Positions 47,549-57,800 of a stretch of DNA of 64,000 bases are shown here, piece after piece. Position numbers and translations under genes: made by a program. Numbering within the stretch: the first letter of the stretch is position 1; each line of letters starts with the position of its first letter. Below the pieces are notes generated by a model that ran no database searches, was not told where the DNA came from, and was given only the letters and a program-made list of their open reading frames with translations. This DNA is from Caecitellus pseudoparvulus (Eukaryota > Protista > Bigyra: Bicosoecida), in the NCBI GenBank assembly GCA_965644315.1, contig CBFFRQ010000081.1, positions 310,001-374,000 of the forward strand, given 5' to 3'.

Positions 47549-50035
47549 TTATAACCCACCCCCTCCGAAGCTGTCGGGAGCGGGATGTTGCCCGGCACCA
47601 GGGTGCCCCTGCCCGCTACGCACGGCACTGCCAGCATACACGTCAGCGCCACCACTGCCCGCCCCTGACGGGGCCATGTTCGCCAGCAGAGCTGGGTTGA
47701 TCAGGGCATCGAAGAAGTCGTTGGAGCCGACGCTGGAAGCATCCCCCGTGCCCGGGACATGGCCCCATCCAGGTGTCGCGCCAACGCCGCCAACTGCCGA
47801 AGCGGCGTGGTACGTTTCATGCCCCTGCAGGGAATCGGTGCGCGAGCGCTTGGTGCCGCCGACACTGCCTGCAGGTGGCGCCATGATGGGGGCCGTGGAG
47901 GGCGCGAAGCCGTGGCCAGGGTACGCTTGGCTTGTGGGGTGTGCCCCCTGCCCCTGTGCAAACTGCATACCTGGCAGGGACTGCGCTGGGGGCAGTGCGT
48001 GGGTGCTAGTGCCAGCAGGAGCGTGTCCATACATGCCTGGAATTTGCCCTGGGTACGCCGTTGTGGGGGCCAAGTGCTGGTGCTGTGCTGGTTGGGACGT
48101 CGGTGGCATCATGTGTGGGTGTGCGGCACCAGCAGGCAACCCGCCGGAAACCGGTGGCAGTGCTGTCGGCATGGTGCTGGAAGCTGGCGGAGGCGGTGCC
48201 GACATGGACCCAGGGGGCACGTTCGCACTGGCAAGGGATGCCAGGGCACTGGCCGCCACAGCTGTGAGTGGCGGCACGGTCATGGGCAGTCCTGACGTGC
48301 TGAGGCGGGAACGGGCGAAGGCGCCGGAAAGGCGCTGGAAATCCTCCAGAGACGTCGCACCGGGCAGGTCCTTGAAGACACGGTCTGCAATGGAGATGAC
48401 CCCGTCGGTGTCCTTGCCGGTGTCCTGGCCAGCGGAGCGCAGCAGATCCCGGATGCGGCGCATGATGAGGGTGAAGGGGAAATTGAAGGGCGCCAGCTTG
48501 TCCGTCTGCATGTACGCGAGGGCGGCCTTGGCAGCCTCGATGGCTTCATCTGTGCGGCCCAGGCGCAGCAGCATGAGCGTGCGCAGGGCTGGGAAGAGGT
48601 CCCCCACCTTGAGCGCTGCAAAGTAGCCTTCCCGGCGCTGGATGCCGACGGCTTCTGCGACCAGCGCGTCCAGCGACCGCAGTGCGTCGTCCGTCGTGAC
48701 GTCGGGGAAGTCGTGGCTGAGCTGGGACATGATGAAGCCCAGGATGTCGGCGAAACGCACGGCAGGCGGGACGCTGTCGGGCGCCTGTGGCGGCGGCATG
48801 GTGATGACGCGGCCGCAGCACATGTAGTACACGATGAGCGTGCACAGGCGTTGCTGCACATCCACCTCCAGCATCTCGCACATGCGCTGAGCCAGGGCAG
48901 AGTAGCAAGAGGCCATGTCCAGGCGCCCCACCACGCGCATGGTGATGGCCATGAGTGTCATGGCGGCGGCGCTGGGCTGGGAGGGTTGGCAGAAGCAGAG
49001 GGAGAGGTACGTCATGCCCACTTGCAAATAGTCCATGCTGAGCTTTTGCCGCGCCTGCAGACGGGCGCCCACGCCCAGGACCGTGTAGAACAGGGAACGA
49101 AATCCCATTGCCTGCTTGTTCTGTTCCATGAAGTCGGCGATGGTGGTGGCGTCGGCGCCCCCCGCCGCCGCTGCCAGTGCAACGGCGTCGGCAGTGTCGT
49201 ACGCTGACGAGGTCAGTGCGCGGTAGAACTCCGGCTCCGGCACACACGGGAAGAGGCGGTTGGAGTATTCGAAGTAGGTGCGCAGGATGCCCTCCTCCTC
49301 CGCCGTCGGGTCGATGGGGGCTGCCGTGAGCATGGTGGTGTGCAGTTGCATGACGGCGTTCAGGGGTGGGCCGGCGGAGTGAGTGGGAAGAGGCGGCGCC
49401 GAGCCGTCTGGGCGGGGCGCCACGAAATTCGCCGCGCAGTCCCGCATGGAGCGCAGCTGTTCCCGCAGCATGGACACCTGCAACTCCAGCTCCCGCACGC
49501 GAGTGGACTTGGGCCCGCGTTTTCGACTGGTGGCAGCGTAGACACACGCGATGCCGCGCTTGGCGCACTCAGCGCAGGGCTGCTGGCCATCGCACTTCCT
49601 CCGGGACTTGCGGCAGAACTCGCCTGTACAGGGAGCAGGGAGCACGTGAGGTGCCGGCGCCATGCAGGGGAGGCGCTGTGGAAGTGGCTCGCAAGGCCAG
49701 CCGCGGAGCCGAAACCTCAGCCAGAGAGCACCAGCTGCGCGCAGCAGAACGGCCGAGCTGGCGCAGCAGGCATCGGATGCGACGAAAGTACAGGACAAAA
49801 CCACGAAAAAGTGGTTGCTGTGGCTGCCCAGCGTCAGTGCCGCCCTCCCGGTGCAGTTCTACTTCCGAGGCAGCACTGCCTGCCACGCCAGAATCCGCAC
49901 TCTGCTTGCAGCCCCCGAACGCCGGCACGGCCAGGAGCAGGCCTTGCATCACGCACATGCTTTTGCCACTCGTGCCCGTTTCCGGGCTGTGCTGTCGTAG
50001 TCGTCGCCTGCCGGCGACTTGGACACTGATGACAT
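47549..50035 (-). CDS. Zn(II)2Cys6 binuclear-cluster transcription factor with middle homology region
   Basis: Spliced RARVAKA(C)EFCRKSRRKCDGQQPCAECAKRGIACVY...RKRGP, dimerisation coil VRELELQVSMLREQL, MHR-like YFEYSNRLFPCV. Intron 49956-49624. Confidence 0.88.
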
Positions 50036-50288
50036 GGCCGGTGCTTGCGGTTGTGGTGGCGAGCGAAGGGGCGCAGAGCCGGAGGGCGAGCACGGACGTG
50101 CCTGCGGCCCTGGGGTGCAACGCAGCAAGCTATGGGAGACATGGAAGTGTCCCCGCGGATTGGAAGTGGGTTTTGAAGTGTGCTCGACAGTCGGGGCCTC
50201 AGGCGCAGGGTCGCAAGGTGCACGGCGAGCGAGGGCAAAAGCACAGTTCATTACAAAGACCCCGCAGGGGGCACCACCACGCGAATGC

Positions 50289-52149
50289 CTACAACGCGAA
50301 GATCTTGGCCTTCTTCAGCAGGCCCTGCTGCTGGTACGCCGGCAGTGCGCGGAAGTCGTCGCGTGGCATCTCAAACACGCGCTCAAAATCCGCAGCTGTC
50401 AGGTGCTTCTGCAAATCAGCCCGGTGCAGGCCTGCAAAGTCGCCCAGCGCAATGCGCTGGCGCAGCTCACTGTAGGCGATGGACACGACGGGCACGTGTG
50501 AAGGCGGGGGGCCCCGTGGAGCAGAAGTGGGGGGTGGGCCTGACGGGGGTGCCATGCGAGGTGGTGGTGGTCCGCCGCCCAGCTTGGGGGGTGGTCCTCC
50601 TCGGGGGGGGCCCCCCACTGCTGACGGAGGCGGGGGCGTGGAGGGCGGGGGGCCTGCTTTGCCCAGGAAGGTCGGCGGCGCGCCAGGTGGTCGGCTGTTG
50701 CGACGAGGCGCAGCGTCCACCTGTTCGGCGGGGCCACCTGACGCGGCAGGAGCACCCTCGGCACCACTGCCGTGACCCTCGCCACCGCTGTCCGAGTCCT
50801 CCCCCGCGCTGGACCCCAGCTCAGAGCGCAGTTTTGCGACAGTGTCTTGCAGGGACGCGGAGCCCTCATCGACGCAGCCGAGGGAGGAGCCTGAGACGGC
50901 TGAGCCAGCCTTGGATGCGCGGCGTTTGAAGGACGGCCGCATGGACAGCCGGCGTTGCTTGGTGACGGTGGCTTGCTGCTCCAGCTTGGCCTTGGTGGCC
51001 TCCACGGCGTCCTTGCCCCGGAAGGTCTCTGCCATGCTGCGTGCACGGATGCGGCGCACCTCTGCTTCGATTTGAGCCTCTTCCTCCAGCGCGCGTTTCT
51101 CTGCCAGCTCTTTTTCCGCAGCCGCCCTCTCAGCAGCTGCCGCCATCTGCGCCTCCACGGCAGCCTTGTCCGCAGCAGCCTTGGCAGCAGCGGCTGCACG
51201 CTCTGCTTCAGCTGCAGCCTCCGCCTCGGCCTCTGCTGCGCGCTGCTGCTCCAAGCGCGCCTGGCGGGCCGCTTGCTCTGCCTCCCACTCCTCCTCAGTC
51301 ATGCCGCCCTCCAGCGCCTGCTTCGCCTCCTCCTCCTGCTGCTGCCGGAGCTTCGCCTCCGCGGCGGCCTTGACGCGCTCCTTCATGGCAGCCACCTTCT
51401 TCGCCTCCTCTTCCTCCGCCTTCCTCTTGGCTTCCTCCCGGGCCAGGCGGCGCGCTTCACGTTCAGGATCTGGCGCTGCAGCAAGCGACGAGCGAGGTGG
51501 TGTGGCAAGAGTGTTTGCGGCAAGGCTGGGCGGAGGCACGCACTGGCGCTGACTGTGGCTGAGCGGCCTCGTCCACGACCCCGCCCTCGTCCTCGCCCGC
51601 GGCCGCCAGAACCTCCCTTGCTCACGATGCCGCCTGCTCAAACGTAGAAGGGCCGGCGTGTCGAGGTGCAACGCTGGCAAAACGCCGCAGCGCGGACTGG
51701 AGCCGCACGGAGGCAGCCAACGCACTCTTCATCATGCGCTTGACGCCCGTGTCGATGTCTTTCTGCTCGAAGGACATGGCCTGCGACATGAGCCGGATGC
51801 TGGCTCGTCGCTTGGCCTCTTTCTCCGTGCTCGACAGCTTTGCGTCAGTGATGCCCAGAGCGGCAATCTTCGCGGCGAGCGCTGAGCAGGGCGGCAAGGC
51901 AGGTCAATGCAGGGCAGCGTGGCAATGCACTTGCACGTGGACAGCTGCCAGAGCCCGCGCGCAAGGCTGCACGCCCCCCATGAGGCAGGGCAGGCAGGGC
52001 GCCGGGCGGGATTAGGCAGTGCCTTGTCGCCGGCACGCACCGGCCTTCTTGCGCAGCTTCTTCTGCCGCTCCTCCTCCTCCTTCTTCTTCTTGGCCATCA
52101 TCTCCTGCATGGGGTTGCTCTTGGCGGCGAAGCGCCCTTGAGTCGCCAT
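50289..52149 (-). CDS. Villin-headpiece protein with charged helical and poly-Pro regions (actin-associated), spliced
   Basis: C-terminal LQKHLTAADFERVFEMPRDDFRALPAYQQQGLLKKAKIF matches VHP, preceded by Pro-rich and E/A/K-rich helical regions. Start MATQGRF at 52149; internal exon joins are uncertain. Confidence 0.75.
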
Positions 52150-52664
52150 GGTTCTCAAGCTCGGGCGTCGGGAACCACCCTACTGGTGCGTGCCGATAGC
52201 GCCTGCCAAGTGCAGCGCTGCACGGAGGTGCGGTCACCAGCACCACGGCCTCACCTGCTGCACAGCTTTTCCGGAGCGGCCAGTTGTATATTCTGTTTTG
52301 GTCCAGGTACAGCGCTGCGTTTGTGTCGTGGCGGGGGCAGCATACCGAACCTTTCTCGCAGGCAAGTCCGCCACTCCTACAGCCTGCACAGGAGGAGGGT
52401 GACGACGGTGGGAGGGGGGGTGTACAGAGCAAGAGGCCGCAAGCCCCCCCCCCCACGCCCGGATTCTGCACCATGCACTGTGCACGTAGCAAATCAACTC
52501 ATGCCACTGCACGCCGCACCTGCTCTGCAGTGCCGCCGCGTCGCCAGCCAACTTCCGCACCCTCCCACCGCCACTGGCCGGCCTGTCCTTGGTGCTGCAC
52601 AAGCGGCTGAAAGGGACTCCTTGCAGACGCCCAGTGTTGGCACCAGAACCTGCTTGCTGCCGCC

Positions 52665-53430
52665 ATGTCCAAGTGGTTCTGGTGGGTGCCCCCGCTGCGC
52701 CAGCGCTGAAACAGCTGCAGCATACCCGCCACCACCCGCCGCTCTCCATCACCAGGTTTTACATGAACAAAGAGCCCGCCCTCATGGGTAGCGGCCTCTT
52801 CGCTTGTCTGGCCATGTACGTCTGCTGCCCGTGCTGGCGTGGTGCCAGGGCAGCGTCGCTGCCTCCCGGTGGCATGCACCAGATTCCGCACACGCGTCTC
52901 ACAGCGCCGTCCCCACTGTCGCCTACGCCAACTCAACGCCGAGACGACTGGACGAGGTGACACCAGTGCGTTGTGCCCCACGCGAGGCCCCCTCCCTCCA
53001 GCCCCTGGCGTCACTGACCCCTACTTCCCACCAAACGCAGGAAGTGTACGATCCCAGCAAGGCATACACCGACCCTGCCTACCCACGGTCTGACCCTCGC
53101 ACGCCCAAGTTCGAGGCAGACCGACTTCTGGAGTACCACAACTCCAAGGATGGTCCCTACCGCTCCCAGTCTGCGCCTCAGAACGCCCTCAGCAAGCACT
53201 TGAACTCCTTGTCGCCAGAGGAAGCGGAGAAACTGCGCCGCGTGCTGGCTGTGAACGCAGGCGATGACCTGCGCATTGCCGTCCTGGACAGCGCCGCAGA
53301 CCAGCGCATGTACAACCCAGAGGACGTCCAGGCTGCCGCTGACGCAGGTGGTGCGCGGCTGGTTCGTGCCCAGATCCGTGCCCTGGGCGGCGCACCCCTG
53401 GCCCCCACCCCCGCCTCTCACCGCGCATGA
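52665..53430 (+). CDS. Small single-TM protein, possibly complex I subunit NDUFA3/B9-like with a C-terminal extension
   Basis: Spliced MSKWFW|FYMNKEPALMGSGLFACLAI|AVPTVAY...DE|EVYDPSKAYTDPAYPRSDP. The KEP + hydrophobic helix + P pattern resembles NDUFA3. The 3' end is uncertain. Confidence 0.5.
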
Positions 53431-53507
53431 ATGCACTGCCCTCTCGCCGCTGGGCCCAGGCAGGCCCGCCCTGCGCAGTACGTGCATTGACAGGCGGCAG
53501 GCCACGT

Positions 53508-54669
53508 TCAGCAGCAACCCTTCTTGCCGCCGCTTGCACCGGCACCCCCCCCCCTGCCTGCGCCGACATCCACTGAGCCACCACCTGCAGCCCGCCCTGG
53601 GCGGCCGCCACCCCGCGTGCCGGCGCCGGAGGCGTCCAGGCGCTGCTTGACGTCTGCCGTAATACGCTCAAATGCCGCCGCCACGTTGGTGTTGGCCTTG
53701 GCAGACACCTCGAAGAAGGGGATGCCGTGCTTGGCGGCCAGGGCACTGCCCTCCGCCTCCGTCACCTTCCGCCCGGGCAGATCACACTTGTTGCCCACTA
53801 GAATCTTGTTCACGCCCTGGTCGGCGTTCTGTGGGGGGGGCACGTGCGCAGGCAGGAGGGTGGACGTCTCGGCAGAGTGGCATGGCGTGGGCGAATGCTC
53901 GCCGCACCTTTGCGATTTCCGCCATCCACGTGTCCACGGCCTGGAAGGACTCCCGATCAGTCACGTCGTACACCAGCATGATGCCTGCGGCGTGGCGAGC
54001 CGCGGCCGGTGCTGCACGCGGTAACCTGCCATGGGGCGCATCCCGACTTTCCGAGAAGCGCACAGCACTGCCGGAGCCAGGGGAGCGTCGGGGCGCCAGA
54101 GCGCAGACACGCACCCTGAGCGCCACGGAAGTAGGATGTTGTGATGGTCTTGAACCGCTCCTGGCCAGCAGTGTCCCAGATCTGCCATGCAAGCGAAGAT
54201 GGGAGGGTGCTGGGCTGGGTGAGCTGGCCAGTGCCCCGCCGCGCCAGTCCACGGGTTCTGCTTTGCCACTGGCGACCCCCGTCTCACCTGCAGCTTGATG
54301 CGCTTGCCCTCGACACTGTGCAGGTGAAATGCAAGTCGCGAGTGATGTCGTGATGGGCGTGGTAGCGTGCCGGAACGGCGCGGAGCGGCCCGCTGCCGTG
54401 TGTGTGTGGTGAAACGGCGGTGCGAAACGTGGGCACGCACTTGACGATCTTGATCTTGAAGTCGATGCCGATGGTGGTGATGAACGTGGGGCTGAACGTG
54501 TCCTGTGTGTACTGCAGCAACAGGCAGGTCTTGCCAACACCTGTGCAGCGCTCACGAGTGCAGCTGTGAACGCCCGTGCGTGTGGCTCCCAGCCCGCCAT
54601 GCCTGGCTCACCGCTGTTGCCGATGGTCAGCAGCTTGACCTGCATGTCATAGTTCTTGGCAGCTGCCAT
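53508..54669 (-). CDS. RAB8: Rab8/Sec4-subfamily GTPase (5 introns)
   Basis: KLLTIGNS|GVGKTCLL...[12 protein letters not shown]...KLQ|[22 protein letters not shown]|GIMLVYDVT...[10 protein letters not shown]...FFEVSAK; C-terminal GCC prenylation site. Confidence 0.95.
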
Positions 54670-54858
54670 GGTGCACAGGCGCGTGAGGGACACCCGTAGT
54701 CACAGAGCACCTGGTGGAAGGCGAGGAAGGTCAAGGTAGTGTGTTGGTGTGTCGTGAGGAGTGTGCGATGTGTCTGCGGGGATTTGATTGCTTGCGTGCT
54801 TCTGCGTGCGTGCCACCACCACAATCCACCCGCGCAGCTACCACCCAACCAACGCCGC

Positions 54859-57800
54859 CTAACACGGAATGCGGCTATTCTCGTGCTCCAGCTCTTCTAG
54901 CCGAGCTTCGCACACGCCCTGCAGCTCGCTCTGCACAAACACTTCACATGCCAACTGCAACTCTACCTCCTTCTCACCCGCTGCAGAGTGCACCAGCCCA
55001 TGACTGCCAGGGCTCCACACCGGCTGACACTGCTGCACAGCCTTGTATGCACGCAAGAACTCCCCTGCACTTGCCCGTGAAGGTGCCGCACTCTCCAGCA
55101 GAGCAGTGGCAAGTGAGTGCCAGCCTCCGGCCTCACCGTGAAGCAATATCGCCTCTGCAGCAGTAAGGGCTGCTGCGTCCGCTGCACCGTGCTCTTGTGC
55201 ACGCTGCACCAGTGCCGGGGTGGGTGTCAAGGCGTGCCGCCAGCCTCGCACGTCGTGAGCCGTCACACCACCCTCAACGCCCTCCAGCTCATCTCCATCG
55301 TCAGCCTCCAAAACGCAGAGTGGGCGAAGCGGCGCTCGACTTTCACCTTGTGGCGCACCACCACGCACTCGTGACGTGAGGAGATCTGTGGCAGGCTCGG
55401 TACCCTGGCATATCTCGGCGCAGTCTTTGTGCAGAGCCCACTCCCCGAAAAGGGAGGCTGCGTGAGCCTGCAGCACTTTGAAGCGCACAGCACTCTGCAG
55501 GCTCTCGAGGGGGCGGAACGTGCCAGCAAGCTCGTGGCAGCCGCCCCCCGCCCTAGCGATGGCTAAACTCACAGACAGTCGCAAGCAACTCGCGGCTGTC
55601 GCAGCGTCGGTGAGTTCGTGGTCCAGACGCAGAGCCTCGTCCCCACCGCTCTCCACGACTTGCCGCAACAGGCGCTCTGCTTTCTGCAAAGTAGGCACTG
55701 ACTGCACCAGGGCAGCTGTTGGCATGCCCTTGAGGTGCTGCAGCAGTACATGCGCGTGTTCCAGCGGAGATGTGCTTTCACTCTCGCGCAGGGCAGGCAG
55801 GCTGTCTGCTGCATCGGACTGCATGGAGAATACAACGATACCAGCAGGCTCCGAGCGAGACACGCCGCCCAACTCCTCCAAATCTGACAATAGGTGAGAC
55901 GCAGCCGAGTCTGAAGCCCCTTGCTCAATCCCCGCCTCCGGCACTGCAGAGGCTCCGCCCCGTTCTTCCGTGGCAGCTTCGCGGCCGAGGTCAGGCGTTT
56001 CGCTCTCGGAACTGCGACCCGCCATGCGCTGCAGCAGTGCACTGGCACCTCCCCAAGCACTGCCCACTCCTTTCAAGACTGAAGTCTCAGAAGAGGTGAA
56101 GGAGTTCGTTTCTGTGGTGCTGGAGTGCACTTCTGGGTGTTCAGCGGGAGTGTGGTGATGTGCTTGCAACGCAGCTGCGACCTGCTCGCCAATGCGGCGC
56201 ACAGCCTCCTCGCGCTCCTGTTCATACGAAAGGGAGTCCACCCCTGGTCCCGACTCTAACGAGTCATCAGCTGGCATATCCAGTGCGTCTGAATGCTTGA
56301 AGTCTTGTATAAGGGATGCAAGCGAGGGCTTGCCGCCCACAGGCTCCAACAGAGCAGGCACTTCAGACCGAGCATCTTCTGCAGTCGCTCCCTGCCCTGT
56401 CTGTGTTGCGGGCACTTCAGCTGCCTCACCTACTGGGCCTCCAGAGCCCGCCTGCATGCCAGCAACGGTCTGCTGTACAGTCGTTGAGATTCGGCGCCCA
56501 AACGCCGACAGCGTGGCTGTGAAATGGGAAGCAGTCGGCACGTCTGCCGAGGCTTGCGCACCATCAGCCTCAGCTGTCTGACTCCCTGGCGATTTAACAG
56601 TCCCACCTGAGGCTACGACCCCCTCATCTGATACCCTTAGCAAGTCATCCAGCTCCAAGCGCTCACCCACAGGAGTGGGAGCCGCTCTTCCCTGAAGGAA
56701 AGAGAACATTGCCGCTGGGTCCGCTGCAGCCTCCTCCTCAGCTGCACGCTGTGCTGCAGCCTCCTCCTCAGCTGCACGCCGAGCTGCAGCCTCCTCCTCA
56801 GCTGCACGCCGAGCTGCAGCCTCCTCCTCAGCTGCACGCCGAGCTGCAGCCTCCTCCTCAGCTGCACGCCGAGCTGCAGCCTCCTCCTCAGCTGCACGCC
56901 GAGCTGCAGCCTCCTCCTCAGCTGCACGCCGAGCTGCAGCCTCCTCCTCAGCTGCACGCCGAGCTGCAGCCTCCTCCTCAGCTGCACGCCGAGCTGCAGC
57001 CTCCTCCTCAGCTGCACGCCGAGCTGCAGCCTCCTCCTCAGCTGCACGCCGAGCTGCAGCCTCCTCCTCAGCCGCCTTCTGAGCTACAGCCTCCTCCTCA
57101 GCTGCACGCCGAGCTGCAGCCTCCTCCTCAGCCGCCTTCTGAGCTACAGCCTCCTCCTCAGCTGCACGCCGTGCTGCAGCCTCCTCCTCAGCTGCACGCC
57201 GAGCTGCAGCCTCCTCCTCAGCTGCACGCCGAGCTGCAGCCTCCTCCTCAGCTGCACGCCGAGCTGCAGCCTCCTCCTCAGCTGCACGCCGAGCTGCAGC
57301 CTCCTCCTCAGCTGCACGCCGTGCTGCAGCCTCCTCCTCAGCTGCACGCCGAGCTGCAGCCTCCTCCTCAGCTGCACGCCGAGCTGCAGCCTCCTCCTCA
57401 GCTGCACGCCGTGCTGCAGCCTCCTCCTCAGCTGCCTTCCGAGCTGCAGCCTCCTCCTCAGCTGCCTTCTGAGCTGCAGCCTCCTCCTCAGCTGCACGCC
57501 GTGCTGCAGCCTCCTCCTCAGCTGCACGCCGTGCTGCAGCCTCCTCCTCAGCCGCCTTCTGAGCTACAGCCTCCTCCTCAGCTGCACGCCGAGCTGCAGC
57601 CTCCTCCTCAGCTGCACGCCGAGCTGCAGCCTCCTCCTCAGCCGCCTTCTGAGCTACAGCCTCCTCCTCAGCTGCACGCCGTGCTGCAGCCTCCTCCTCA
57701 GCTGCACGCCGAGCTGCAGCCTCCTCCTCAGCTGCACGCCGAGCTGCAGCCTCCTCCTCAGCTGCACGCCGTGCTGCAGCCTCCTCCTCAGCTGCCTTCT

